DNA of 62,017 nt, filler included, from Choristocarpus tenellus KU-1152 (Eukaryota; Protista; Phaeophyceae), in NCBI GenBank assembly GCA_964200185.2. It is 10 parts of 10 records of this genome, joined end to end, with 100 filler letters (N's around TTAATTAATTAA, not from the genome) between each part and the next. Parts side by side here need not be neighbours in the genome. Positions count along the whole stretch, not along the records: positions 1 to 4,038 come from CAXNAD020016542.1; positions 4,139 to 6,911 come from CAXNAD020024875.1; positions 7,012 to 10,888 come from CAXNAD020017430.1; positions 10,989 to 16,570 come from CAXNAD020010351.1; 6 more parts are not named here. One strand, written 5' to 3'. The position numbers were made by a program, and so were the translations under genes. Positions 1 through 13,150 of the stretch are shown one piece after another (positions within the stretch are counted from its first letter, which is position 1; the number at the start of each line of letters is the position of its first letter). The notes beneath the pieces were generated by a model, which did no database searches, was not told where the DNA came from, and saw only the letters and a list, made by a program, of their open reading frames with translations.

Positions 1-908
1 GGATTAAAATTTAAAGAAAAGAAAATAACAAAAAAGACACGTGCAGAAACGGCTACCCGTATCCAACACTCTGTCCACAGGAGGGGGTGGGGATGGGGGG
101 GGAGCCAGGATCCCTTGCAAAAAAATCACATTTTTTCGTTTTGGGGGACTGACTGAATGATTAAATATTATTCTTGAGGGTTGTGAATGCCATGAAAAGT
201 TGCATGAAATGATCTGGTTTCCCATATAGCAGTCAAACTGTCCACTCTCAGAGTGGTGGACAAGTGTAGCTGACTCTTTTTAAAGTTTTCGTCGTCTCTT
301 ATTATTATTCTGACTGAGTATTATTATTCTCATTCTTCTTCTTATTTTAATTATTTTTTCAAGTTTTGGTTTTCCCACCCACAAGCAGTATGGGTCCTAA
401 AGCGCCAACGTTAGCTGTAACCTTTGAGTGATACAACACTATTGATACTATTAATAATATGTATTGAATATATAGGTAGAAAAAAAAAGGTCCTGTGTGA
501 GAAGACCTTGAATTATATTAAACAAAAGAAAAGAGTGCCGTGGTGATGTCACAGTCCACCACCTCTGTTGTTGTGATTATTATTATTATTGTTATCATTA
601 TTATTGTTGTGATTTTTAACGTTTTTGAGACGAGTCCCAGATCTGTACCTCTTTCTGTCTGTTTTCTTTTTTCTTTTTTCTTGGAAGCTCATTTGATAAC
701 TGTCTTTTTTTAGAGAGTGATACTTTGTTACTGACGTTTTGAATATTTTTGAAGGGTTAGGGTTAGGGTTAGGGTTAGTTTGGTCATGTGAGATGGCATA
801 GCATTGTAAGAGCTTGCTTGGAGCAATCAGTGTTCTCTCCGTGGTGGCATGATTTGATCTCATCACCTCCCAACTCGCAATGTGCTTTAAAAAAAATTAT
901 TTCTGAAG

Positions 909-1003
909 GTTCAAGGAGCTGGATATTTCTGGGATAGGAGCCAGTGCGAGGGGCATGGAGGTGATTTGTAAGAACTGTTCCAGCCTACAAGAGCTGAGGA
1001 TAG
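909..1003 (+). CDS. Single exon of a cysteine-containing LRR (F-box/LRR-type) protein
   Basis: AG|...|GTGAG bounded exon encoding FKELDISGIGASARGMEVICKNCSSLQELRI, matching LxxLDIS...I..NC..LxxLxI. Confidence 0.65.
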
Positions 1004-2269
1004 GTGAGCGCAAAGGTATTGCTGTGTTTGAAAACCTATTTAAGTACGACAGGGCCTTGCCACAGACAGGTATATATCTGCACTGCAGAGTTTTTTCATA
1101 GCTTGAAGTACTCTTGTTGTGATATCAATATGGATGCTTTTACTGCATTGCTGTTAATTATTATTTTTGTTTATTATGATCAGTGTTAGCATTGTCATGA
1201 TAATGGTCACGATTATTTTTAATTATTTTTTTGAAAAATGTATTGTACTGAACCGTTCCATTATTATTATTATTGTTGTTATTATTATTATTATTATTAT
1301 TTTATTTGTAAGACTTTTGTACTTGTTATTTTAATATCACGGAGGGGGGACTTGCCCAGAAGAACCCCCCCCCTCCCCCCCAGAAAAGTTAGACAGTCAA
1401 AACATTTAAACTATTTTTTTGTGGCAGTCTTTCAAAAATCCATTACGAGGTATACCCTAAATATAAACCTCAGCAAATCGGCACCTATTCTACTCCACTT
1501 GGTGTCTAACCACATGAATCGCCTTCCCAATGTTGTGTTTTCATCATCCACTCGATGTGTTTGAACTGATCCTGAATGACGTAGTACTTAGAGATGTAGA
1601 ACAATCTGTTGTTGTTGGTAGGGTGTATTTGAAGGAGGCGTTTGTTGCTGCTTTGTTGGCACTTGAAATATCAATTGGAAAAATTGATGTACTACTTCTG
1701 TTTGGAAAAAATAAATAAAGGTCTTCCGTTTGATATATTGAGAACAAGCGTCCTGATGAACTTTGATGTGATGTACTTTGAAGTACTCTAGACATTTTGC
1801 TTCTTTCCTAGGTCTGGATGGATGGATGGATGGATGGATGGATGGAAGATTGTCTCACGCTCGAGCCTGTTACTATTACTAATGCTGCTAGATGTCTCAT
1901 GTTTTTTCTTGTTGTATAATAATAATAATAATAATAATATTTTGAAGGGATATAAAAGTGATGTTTTTTATCAATGCATTTGTGTGTGTGTTTGAAGGTA
2001 GGTACAAACTAACTGTCAGGGGCATGGGTTTGAGTATAAGAGGTGCCAAGGAGGGGGTTTTCGTCGCAGTGAAAATTGATAACAAAATTCCCCCAAAAAC
2101 AGAACAGTAATGTTATCGTCACGAGCAAAGAACAGTCAGAAGTCAAAGAACATTCAGAAGTCAAAATAAAAAAAAAACGAAATAACCTCGAAAATGTGGG
2201 GAGCGATACGTGAGAGAATAGTCTCAAACAGCGTCGCGTCCAAGCCAATCAAATTGTGGCAAAAGTTAT

Positions 2270-3320
2270 GTAGAATGGACTGACTTTGTTTGATATCAAG
2301 TTGATGGGAAACATAGAGTGTACGCCTCCATGGTGAACACGATCCATGTGGTTGAAGCCTGGTTTTATGTGACAACTGATGGGGAAAGGGCTAGGGTATT
2401 TCTGTATGAGGATAGGATATTTCTGTATGAGGATGATAGCGATCTTCCAGGGTCCCCTACTGTGCAGCACAAGAGTCATATCCTCAAAACCATGATCATT
2501 TTCAGCCAACGCCCGCCCAGATTCGACTCACAGCTTTGATGGTCAAATCGTCAGATGGAAAGCTTGGTGTTTGGCGTGTGTGCATCAAAAACGGCATATG
2601 GGACAAGCAAGAACCATGAAAAGGGGGATGTCCTCTATGTCTATGAGCAGGACCGTACTTTAGGCCATTTGTGGTACAGGAAGTGGTACAGGAAGTGGTA
2701 CAGGAAGTGGTATACAGAGGAGTTAGTGCCTTGGTTAGTGCCTGCAAACAAGACCGAACTGCCTTGGTTACTGCCTTGGTTACTGCCTGCATGGGAAGCA
2801 CGTTGTCGTTCAGCTAGACAGTGCCACCCCTCACATGGGCAACCTCACAAAGGCAACTGAGAAATATCTCGTCAGGGGTTAGGGAAGGGAAGGTTAGGGA
2901 AGACTTGAGGGGCGGTCGATTAGGCTTGTGACACAGCCATCTAACTCTCCTGACCTCGATATCATGGACCTGTGCTTCTTCAGGTCTTTGAAATGCCGGG
3001 TGATGGGTGATGGTTGATGGTTGATGGTTGATGGTTGATGGGGGAGTGGTTTGGGTCCGTCGAGGAGATGGTGAGGGTCATTAATAAACATTATGAGATG
3101 AGGAGTATGGTGAAACTACACTTGAGACCTCTGGCTTGGCAGCTCCTTTTTGTGGTGTACAATCAAGTACTTAGATTCAAAGGGGGGGAATGACTAGTTC
3201 ATTAGTTGATCAAGTACTTAGATTGTGGACCACCCGGGGGTAAGGAAGAGGCAGTTGTCTGGTGAGCTTGAAGACACACCGAAGGTAGATATGGAGGCTT
3301 TTTTCTGTGACTGATTATGA
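2270..3320 (+). mobile_element. Degraded mariner-like (DD39D / plant-mariner type) transposase
   Basis: IHVVEAWFY, HKSHILKTM, RPPRFD, DGKLGVW, TSKNHEKG, QPSNSPDLDIMDLCFFRSLK, KGGND motifs in order, with stops, frameshifts and short tandem duplications. Confidence 0.85.
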
Positions 3321-4038
3321 AATTGTGATGGATGGGGAGTAATAATGATAAAAAAGAGCTGACCCTAACCAGAAATTCATCAAGGATTCCAAAATCTTCT
3401 TTCAGAAATGAATTTCATCAACATCTTCAACATCTTCAAGAGTTATGGACAGCGAGGCACAGACTTACGGCGCGGAGAGAGTAGAAACACACATAAATAT
3501 AAATATATATATATTTTTTTTGGGGGGGGGCAATTTTCTTTTTTTTGTTTTTCTGAAGTGTGTGTACAGAACAAGGTGAACCCCCCAACTGTTTGTTTAT
3601 TTTATTTTATAGCAGTAGTACTATTAGAATGGTCAGGTATGGTGAGGTGGGAGTTGTATGACAATGGGCTTGTGTACCACAGGTGTACAGTGTACAACAT
3701 ACAGTACTGCTATCTTTGTACCGCATTTATTTTTATTTTTTGAGTGTGCTTGTTGGTACAGGCTATATTAGAATAGCATTCAAATGGATTTTCCTTTTTT
3801 AGTTTTGTTCATTTAGTATTTTTAGGGTTAGGGTTAGGGTTAGGGTTGTTTATTCTCTGTTTATTGCCTCCACTATTAATATTTTTCATCCCCATTCTCC
3901 TCCTCTCCTCCTCAAAAAAACCTCCGCTTGCAACCATTGCCCATCACCTGCACGCCCTGCCCCCCCCCCCCCCCCCCCCCCCCCCCTTTTTTCTTTTCGC
4001 CCTCCTTTCCTTCTTCTCTGTTTTTTTTTTTTCTTCTC

Positions 4039-4138
4039 NNNNNNNNNNNNNNNNNNNNNNNNNNNNNNNNNNNNNNNNNNNNTTAATTAATTAANNNNNN
4101 NNNNNNNNNNNNNNNNNNNNNNNNNNNNNNNNNNNNNN
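4039..4138. other. Artificial contig-joining linker (first of nine)
   Basis: 44 N + TTAATTAATTAA (stops in all six frames) + 44 N; identical at 6912, 10889, 16571, 20683, 32377, 35382, 40782, 59321. Confidence 0.98.
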
Positions 4139-5693
4139 AAACAAACAAAAAAGAAAAACAGAAAAAAACGGTTAATTTGAAGGACCACCCCCCCCCCCCC
4201 CCCCCCCCAAGATACTTTGATCCCAGAGATACTCAAGATGGTGATTGTTCGTCTTGTGGAATATGGGACCAAGCTCCTCGAATGGAGTAGTGTGGTACTG
4301 TTTTTTATTATTTTCATACAGGCATGAACCGGCTCTTTTTGTGCAAACGCTGATTAAATTAAAATCGATTTAAATCTTTGATTTTTTTTTCCCCCTGTTG
4401 AAAGTGTTCCTGTTCTTTTTTAGAACGATAGAGAGCTTCAGCAGGTGTATCTCTCCCATTTGGTCCCAATGGAATTTGTTTGTTGTTGACTACTATTGGT
4501 ATTATTATTATTATTATTAATACTACTATAATTTGGAGTAGTAGTACTCACCATCAGTTCAAACAGTGAATAATTTCTTCATATTATTTATTTATTCATT
4601 TTTTCTTCCACGGCTACAAAAAAAATATATAAATGCTCACCATCACTATACACCCCTTTCAAATATTGAAAGTAAACTTTTTCTTTTAAAAATAAAAATA
4701 AAATGCATAGACAGCCACCTTACTTGTCGTTTTAAAAAAAATCGCTCAAAAGAATAAGAATAATTAAATCAGAACGCTGCTTTGAACGTGTAGCTTGAGC
4801 TGGAGTACTATTTTGAAATTAAAAAAAACATTGTTGAGACGATTTAATTATTCTATGTCCCATGAGCCCAGGCCTCTAGTAGTATCTAGAAATGTAACAG
4901 TGTCAAAAGGCATTTTATGTCCCATGAGAATCCATGCCCCTGTTTGATTTATAGGACAGGTGTTTGTATGTATACAGATAGTAGTCGCCTTTGGTATCGT
5001 ACACCCGATTGGCCCTCACTTTGAAACTGTCACACAGTATGTTCGTGAATATGTCAGTACAATTAGGTGTGATTTCTTTGACAAACTTTCTGTAGATCGA
5101 GTTCCTCTGGCCCTTTCTGCAGTACTGTACACCCTCTTCATAGTAACATAGTGGAAGGCGTTGATCTTGCCTGTTCTAGGTTTATTGCAACAAACAAATA
5201 AATAAAAAATAGCAAATAATAAATAACAAGTAATACATAATAAATAGAAAATAATAAATAACAAGTAATAAATAATAAATAGAAAATAGTAGATGATAAA
5301 TAATAAGTACTTGAGTATTTTATTTCGTTACTAGAGGCCTGATTGTTGGTGTACCTGCACTTTGAAGTATATCACCATAGAAATATATATATATATACAT
5401 TATGGTCTGCTGACTTGCATCTTGCGCTAGTTTAAACAATTTATTTTAAACAATGTATTTTAAACAATGTAATTTAAACAATTATTTTAAACAATTTATT
5501 TTGAACAATGTATTGAGCAACTACAACACGTGTTACAAGAATACTTTTGGGAGCATCCCATCGTATCTTATATAACTCCCACCCGAAAATAAAAAATGTT
5601 TCTTTCGATGCCCCGACATCCGTAACCCTAAAACCCTTTTTTTTATGTTTTGACCACTTCATTGGCCACCCTCTGTGATGTTTTTTCCCCAAG

Positions 5694-6021
5694 GTACGCC
5701 TTTGTGATGCCTGCCTCCGATCGACCAGGGATAGCCTCCTCCGGGCAAGTACAGACCTGGGAAAGCTCTCTGCCTTCTGGCAAGACAAGCAGTCTCGTGA
5801 TCGTCGAATGGGAATTGTCAAGTCTCTCCTGCTTGGTAGCTTTATGCACGGCCAGGCAAATCCTTCAAATGAACATTCCCCTTCCTCCCCCCCCCCCCCC
5901 CCCCCCCACCCCCCCCCCTCTCCAACCCCCCCCCCACCCCACACTCCCCCCCCACAACCAAATCCACCCCTCCTACCTCACNNNNNNNNNNGAAGTTCAA
6001 GGGTGTCCCTTCCTGCCCCCT

Positions 6022-6054
<33 letters not shown>

Positions 6055-6594
6055 ACCCCCCCAATGCATGTACTCATCTCACAATACTAAGAAATGCAAG
6101 TGATTTAATTCCTTTTTTCTACGAGAGATTGGATTCAGACAGCTCTAAGTACCGTTCTTGTTCTTGGTGCAGTGTTGAAGGTGTTGAAGAAATGCCTAGC
6201 TAGCTTTTTTTTCTCTTCCTCAACTCTTCCTCAAATGAATCAACCACTGGAGGTGTTTCTCGTGGCTGTACTGACCGAACCTGCACCCCCTAACCCTAAC
6301 CCTAACCCCAACCCTAACCCTAACCCTAACCCTAACCCTAACCCAATGAATCGATCCCATGCATGGGCAAGTATATTGCCTCAGAACCAAATGTCGCGCA
6401 CATAACCTAGGTCTGTAACGCCTCGCAGGTATTGGGAAAGCGGGTGGCAGTGGGACAGGACCAGGCGCGTATGTCCGCGGTTGAATTTCTGCTTGATTGG
6501 CATCTCAACCGCCTGGGGGAAGTGCAGCACCATTTACAGGCCAGGCCGGAGGCGTTGCTGGGCGGGGTCTCAGCAGATGGTGGAGGACTGACAA

Positions 6595-6596
<2 letters not shown>
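5694..6596 (+). CDS. Three internal exons of an unidentified helical/coiled-coil protein
   Basis: Exons 5694-5835, 6173-6252, 6411-6596 have AG/GT ends and compatible phases, giving an open frame VRLCDACLRSTRDSLLRASTDLGK...VEFLLDWHLNRLGEVQHHLQ...GLTK. Confidence 0.6.
6288..6343. repeat. Interstitial telomere-type (CCCTAA)n tract, longest of ~10 in the window
   Basis: Others at 753-778, 3823-3847, 10782-10803, 32892-32937, 33967-34050, 34929-35058, 57327-57338, 58470-58497. Confidence 0.95.

Positions 6597-6656
<60 letters not shown>
6597..6656. repeat. (GT)n microsatellite starting at a splice donor
   Basis: About 30 GT units directly after exon end 6596. Confidence 0.95.
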
Positions 6657-6659
<3 letters not shown>

Positions 6660-6752
6660 ATTGTTGTTGGAGTTGATGTGGACATGATTATGTAGGGGTT
6701 CGGAGTTAGTGTTGCCAGGAGTAACATTTGCACCAATGGAATAGCGTTCAGG

Positions 6753-6911
6753 TTGTATTCATCCAATAGGGTGTATTCATCCAATAAGGTGTGTTCATCC
6801 AATAGGGTATGTTCATCCAATAGGGTGTGTTCATCCAATAGGGTGTGTTCATCCAATAGGGTGTGTTCATCCAATAGGGTGTGTTCATCCAATAGGGTGT
6901 GTTCATCCAAT
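6753..6911. repeat. 18-bp minisatellite (GTGTTCATCCAATAGGGT)n, ~9 copies, cut by gap
   Basis: Head-to-tail units with no spacers. Confidence 0.95.
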
Positions 6912-8168
6912 NNNNNNNNNNNNNNNNNNNNNNNNNNNNNNNNNNNNNNNNNNNNTTAATTAATTAANNNNNNNNNNNNNNNNNNNNNNNNNNNNNNNNN
7001 NNNNNNNNNNNGACTAACAATGGTACTGCTTGTAGTGCCTCTTCTTATCAACTATCTCCAAAGGGTCCTGTTGCTCACATAACTCCTCCCTCCACTGAGG
7101 CAGCTAGCTATGGTTTCAACTTGAGTGATACCCTACTGGTAGTGACTAGCAGGGAACTCAGGTTGTGAAAATATTGAAATGCTGGTGTACCACCAAAGCT
7201 CTAGTATTGCTTGACACTAGGTGAGAAACTACTTCACCACTTAGTCGATAATCTTGTGCGAAAATATTGCCTTGGTGACACAACGGCATCCCATATCTTG
7301 ACATTAGGAGTTCTTGGACGCCTGCATTCTTGTCATACTTTGGGACAAAAACGAAGAATAAGAAAAATTGTTCTTCTGCAAATGAAGTAGATTATGTTTC
7401 CCCTTCACATAGTAGTCCTCTGCGCCACAGTAATGATAACGAGCGGACATGGTTTGAATTTGTTGGCCTTCCTTCAGAACCTAACCAGGACCTAGACACC
7501 GAAAATAGAAGAAGAATGCTTCTGGACAGAGCTTTGATACTGCAGTTTCTAATGGACCAACAACTTGGAAGAGCACTTCTCATGCTAGTGGTGTAAGCAC
7601 CGAATCCAGCTAATCCTACCCAGAATCATAGCCACGACAATAACCCTAATCCTACATTGCACCTACTCTACGTAAATCACACATTGTAGCATTATATAAC
7701 TCTGCAAATTCTTGCCCTAACCACTTCATAAACGTGGGAAGAAGAATTGTCTTTCCCTCTAAGGTATGCAGGCGTGGCAAACCCCCTTGTCTTGCTGATA
7801 GAGGGTGAGCATCCTACATCTTGCCCCTAACACAGCTATATCCATCACCTAGTCACATCAGGGATGGGTTGCTATATCAACAACAGCCAACGCCATATCA
7901 ATGTGGAGGTATTCCCCTGGCAATGAGAAGGCCTTGTGGATTTTTGACTTCGACACAAGTGCAGTTCAAGTGCTCATTCGCTGGATAACCCATTCTAAGG
8001 GTTTCTTGGTATCTGGTTAGTGACCCTACCCTCTTGTCTTGGTGCCCACAAGAACACATTTGCGCGGATATCTGAATTATTATTTTTTTGTGCTTGCAAG
8101 CCCAGTCTGAAAATACTAGAGAATTCCACCAACACACCAAACTGGATTCAAACCCGGTAGCAAATCTC

Positions 8169-8373
8169 CAATGTTGCGATTTGGATGAATTTTGGCTATC
8201 GTGTTTGTTAGCAAGTGTCACTATCCTTGCTCAGACATATCTTTCATGGCCGTATACATTTTAGGTAACTGCGTTCACACACAAAACCGAAAAAGGGAAT
8301 TAGAGTTTGTGGGAAGCCAAGCCCCAAATGGACAAACAGGGCAAAACTCCTACCCTCTCAAATTCTTTGGGTC
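8169..8373 (-). mobile_element. MITE family A variant, partial
   Basis: Reverse-complement match to family A; shares a variant internal segment with 29061-29312. Confidence 0.8.
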
Positions 8374-8792
8374 ATTATGGTACTTGAAGCAGGAGTAGAT
8401 GGCCTAATAACCAAAAGGAATCTTTCGGTGGTCACAGCAACATGTGTTTATTCAAAAAACACTATTTTATATTTTTTCCTGTGGTATGAGGAGGATATAT
8501 TTTCATTCTTCCATCAGTGTGATAACTTTGGAGTTAATCCAGTGCGAAAATACCAAAGTTTCCCACACTGAGGGAGGGGTAACCAACGGAAAGAATTGGT
8601 GAAAGTGGCAAAGTGATGGGATGATAGCTTAGACACCTCCCATTCACCGGAGTGAAGAAACAAATCGGCGTTGAGAAGAACTGATTTCAGGCATTCAGCA
8701 GCAGACTGTGATCTTCCCCGCATGCACAGAGTTTGGATCATGACTGCTTGATGGTATGGGTGCAGTTTCACACTATTCCGTTTCTTGTTCAG

Positions 8793-10766
8793 CTTCCATC
8801 AACATCAGAGTCCAGCTGATACTGTTCCACTTCTCTCTGTAATGTGGTGTGCTCAATTCAAACACTCTGGCAGCTGGGGTGGACCACGTGCTGTCAACAT
8901 GGTGTATTCACAAGCGCCAGCGCCTTGCTGTTTTGCATGGACATAAGGGAAGGATCACAGGCGTGAACTATCTTTCTCAGCAGAAACAGCTTGTTACATG
9001 TGCCTTCGACAAGACCTTGAGATTCTGGGATGCCAAGTGTTTTCAAGCGGTTGGAGAGGTATGCATACAGATAATCAAGTAGTGGACATCCAATTTCTTC
9101 ATTTGTACATGACTACTACCAGTATTTCACCCAAGGGATAGCATCCCTTTATATTTTAATTCTTGTCAAGAGGGTACAAAGAGTTATAAGAGAAACATAT
9201 TTGATCTCAGGATCACCTCACATTTTGAAGTTAACACTGATGGTCTGGGTTGTGATAAAAAAAAATACTTGGTGAAGCAGTAGAGTGGACAATTCCATAA
9301 TGGAGCTAACGTACAACCCCAATCCTGATTTGTTCCCAAGTGTGGAATGGGGTTAGTGAACGTCTTCAATGCAAGGTCCATTCGCTATCTGTGAAGTCCA
9401 TGGCAAGTGAGAGTAAGATCTCGACTGCCATCCACTTGTAGCAACTGTTATGAAAACCAGATACAACGCTTGATACAAGAGAGATCTGAAGCAACGTTGG
9501 CAGGAACAGGATTACTATCAAGGGAAGAAGAAAAAATTGTTAATTTTAACTGTTCAATAAACGTCTGCGTCGTTTCTCTCGATCAGTATTGAACTGAAAT
9601 GCAAAGGAGAACTTTCATTCCACATGGACAACTCGCCAGTCGAGTGAAAGTATCTTAGGGTTAGGGTACGAGTTTTGCCTTGTTTATCCACTTGGGGCTT
9701 GGCTTTCCATTGGTTCTTTTATGACATTTTCCTATTCCAAAATGTTTCAGAGTAACTAAAGTGTACATGTTATGAAAAGGTGTGTCCGGAACATGGGTAT
9801 TGACACTTCCTAACAAACATGATACCCAAAATTACATCAAATTCGCAGCATTGGATTTTGGCCCCCAAATGGACGCGGCTCTGCCCTCTAAGATAATTCT
9901 GCTCAATCCTGCTCCTTCATAGTTGAAATTGTTCCTTAGATTAATCAATGAAGATCCTCTGATGTGTACTCCACATCTTTCAAAAAGGTCATCACCACCA
10001 GGACAACTGTCCATTTTTTGGCGACGTGTGGTGATTTTCTGCTCTACATCTCCCCAGGATCTCAGGGGCATGTGAGTAGCTTTCAACTTAATTGGCAGAA
10101 TGCACAGAGCTAGCCAACTACAATAATCAGTCCTCATGTTAACTGCCTGTTTTACCAACCCATCTTCGCTCGTTTCTGAGGATGGTCCTGTCAGAGCTTA
10201 TTGCTCTAACCACCTCACACTGGCACCCTATGCTTGATCAAGGTTTCTATATCTACGACCCTCCACACTGCCAAGTCTATCATCAATCCAAACCACAATC
10301 CACGAAACAACCTGCCACACATTGACCCCTCATGATCAATTTTCTCCTGGCACTCAAGTCATTTGGCAAAAACCTTTCACAGTACAGTTCACCATACATT
10401 TCCCAGAACGGACTTGACTAAGGACATCACAACCTGCAGTTAACTGAGCATATACATTGTACCACATAAATGCCAATAGCGGTCGCTGCAATTGTTTTTT
10501 ATAGGTATACTTCACTGAACGAAGATCAACCCTTCTAGTTGATATGTTAATATCCCGCTCCATCTCAGATTGTGTGACCTCCAACGTGTGTACAGGTATT
10601 AACCATCACAACACAACGCATGTGGTGCAAACTCCAAGGTCACCAAAAGCAAATTGAAGGAGTCCACATGTTGCACTTTATTGACATCAGACAGGGGAGT
10701 CAGATACGGGCCATCACGGGGGATTCTGGAGGGGTTTTCATTGTATGGAATATTGGAAGTATTCAG
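8793..10766 (+). CDS. WD40-repeat protein exon fragments, possibly disrupted
   Basis: Exon ending 9058 (LHGHKGRITGV...LVTCAFDKTLRFWD) and exon 10596-10766 (LQGHQKQIEGV...ITGDSGGVFIVWN) carry GH...WD/WN repeats. An apparent frame change near 8860 means a frameshift or a different acceptor. Confidence 0.7.
9642..9904 (+). mobile_element. MITE family A copy
   Basis: Aligns end to end with 39577-39833; flanks AGTC/AATC; left TIR reads TTAGGGTTAGGG instead of TTAGAGGG. Confidence 0.88.
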
Positions 10767-10997
10767 GTGCTGATGCTCATCCTAACCCTAACCCTAACCC
10801 TAATGTTCAATTTAATTTTAAACTGTACACTCCAGCTTTTGGGCACGTTGTAATTTCGAGACAGAGATGACTCAAAGTATCTGGGGGGNNNNNNNNNNNN
10901 NNNNNNNNNNNNNNNNNNNNNNNNNNNNNNNNTTAATTAATTAANNNNNNNNNNNNNNNNNNNNNNNNNNNNNNNNNNNNNNNNNNNNCAGCCATCA

Positions 10998-11070
10998 TTA
11001 TATCAAAATCGCAACATTGGATTTTGGCCCCCAAATGGACGCGGCGCTACCCTCTAAGATACTTTAGCTC
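10998..11070 (+). mobile_element. MITE family A right end near contig start
   Basis: ATCGCAACATTGGATTTTGGCCCCCAAATGGACGCGG...CCCTCTAAGATACTTT. Confidence 0.85.
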
Positions 11071-11561
11071 GGTTGCATGCAACGGATGGATAATGTATGT
11101 GCACTTCTGTTACAGGCAAATAGCGCGAATATTTCTTCCCACGTTCTAACAAAGGCGAGCAGTGTACAAGCGTGGGGAACCTTATAAAGAGGAACTTCGA
11201 CTTGCTAAAGGTTGCGCAGTAAGATCTGTAACTTGGGAAGGTTGGTAAGGCGTTCAGATGTATTCCAACTTCTGTTAACCAAAACAAAATACAACGCAAA
11301 TAATAATAAAATAAACAAGAGCGCTACTAATAAACAGTCCTTTAAACACTTTTTCTTTGACTTGATGCGAAGTACCCACAGACGTTGAATGAGAGAGAAG
11401 TACCCCCTCTTCTACTAACCTGACGCGCGTTGGATTACCTGGGTTGCTGAAGTATCCTGAGAGGCTTGCACGAGAATCATCGTTATCTATAGGCTTGTGG
11501 ACTGGAGCTATACATCCTGTGGAGGCAAGGTTCTGGAGCGTGCTCTAACACCTCTCCTGGT

Positions 11562-11736
11562 GGCCCAAAGTATCTGGGGGGGGGAGAGTCTACACCAGGG
11601 TGTCTATTGGGGTCAAAATAAGGAAAAGTGCATTTACATTATCCATCCGACGTATGCAACCAAATCACCCAAAAGCGCGACATGAAAAAGTTTCCCCGAA
11701 ATGGACAGTCGCCACCCCCCCCAGATACTTGGAGCC
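11562..11736 (+). mobile_element. MITE family B (~175 bp)
   Basis: TIR GGCCCAAAGTATCTG(n) / C(n)AGATACTTGGAGCC; inverted homolog at 22792-22973. Confidence 0.85.
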
Positions 11737-11749
11737 TTCGTCCGAGCTC

Positions 11750-13150
11750 GTATAAATAGAGATTAGGAGAGCTCTGGGTCACGATGTATCACAATCACAT
11801 CACGGAGATGGAGGACAGACAAGTTGCATGGGTCCTCAACGCGTGGTCCTTCTTCCCCTGTCACAACTACTTGGTCAGGGTTACCACTCCGCAAATAGCG
11901 AACCCAACCATGGAACAGCTGCACAAAACTTCTCTATGAGCCGTAGAGAGGACCATGGAAGTCGCTGACTCGCTTGACGCCATGGATACTTCAGGAGGAG
12001 GGTGTGCCAGTAGATCTTTGCGCTTTGAGATGCATCAACAGGTGGGCACCAGTGTAGGTGTCCTAGACCCCTCTTCCATTATCCACCATCAGGATGCTAC
12101 TTTTATATTCTTATTGGTAGCCTTCCTCCCCTCCCTCCTTGCTCGTCAACAAGGCTTATCTGGTACGAATTTTACCGCTACAATGTACTCAAGCCCTACA
12201 TTCTTGGACCTTTGGAGCTTCCATCTCATGCACCCTCTTTGTTGGGGTCCCTGCAAAGGATCTGATCGCGATCAGTGGCCAGGGATGAGTGGATCGAAAG
12301 ACCATTTTCCCTCCAGGACAAGCCCAAGAAATCTACGTATTGACGGCACATGGCATATGGGGGATGCAAAGATGGACCCAGCATGAGGTTACCCACCTAC
12401 TCACCGAGTCCACTTTGATCCTTCTCGCTCCCAAGTAGCAAGCCCCAGACCTGGACGGGAATCTTCTGCAATAGCCTGACGTAAGCAATAGAGTCAGTAT
12501 TACAAAGGCCCAACGCTTGGGCTTCCACCCTACCCTTTGAGTCAGTTAGATGGACACCTCCCCCAGAATTTTGACCCAACGTGAACCTTTCTTTAGGGAT
12601 AGACGAGGCAGCCTCTGATGACTGCCCAGTGGAGGGATGTAGAAGGCAAGGGGTAAACACTAGCCACGCTCGCACTGACCCATGCTTCGGGAACTGGTTC
12701 GGGATTTGAAGGCAATGGGCATCCCTTCCACCTTGGGGGACAGCAGCCTCTTCATTATCAAAGTAATTTTCGTACGGACGCAGTCTTCCAAGCAGGGGTT
12801 CTCTCCAGTGCAGTCAGCTACTACCCCTTGCAGGGAAAAGAGCTTACTCCTGGATGTGACCTTTGCTGGGGTAAAGACGGACTGCCAACTTGCATATTCA
12901 TCAACCAAAAATGATGCTGCTGCTGCTGCTGTGGTTCAAAAACGTCACCACTACGAGGGAACATTTGACCGTTGCAGTTTAACCTCAACTCTTTCGCAAT
13001 AGAAAGATCCGGGCGTCTTGGCACATAGACAACGAAATTACAGATAAGCCTAGCAACTCTGTTACAGGCGAATAGGGCGCCTGTAACAACTCATGTTGCA
13101 GGTGGCAGGGGAGTGGAGGGCTTCAGTTGGAAATGGACGGTGGAGACATG
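11750..13150 (+). mobile_element. Degraded 3' part of an RLE-type (CRE/R2-like) non-LTR retrotransposon
   Basis: CPVEGC...H zinc-knuckle remnant followed by LLLDVT...AAAAVVQKRHHY...GRLG, the restriction-like endonuclease layout; many disablements. Confidence 0.6.

Noticed and set aside
5474-6203. Gly-rich and Pro-rich ORFs in the track
   Set aside because: Produced by intronic poly-C runs near a small gap; the coding signal is the spliced + strand frame.
6753-6911. CRISPR-like array or DEHTLL repeat protein (ORF 6407-6910)
   Set aside because: No spacers, no cas genes, eukaryotic context; the ORF is a by-product of an 18-bp minisatellite.
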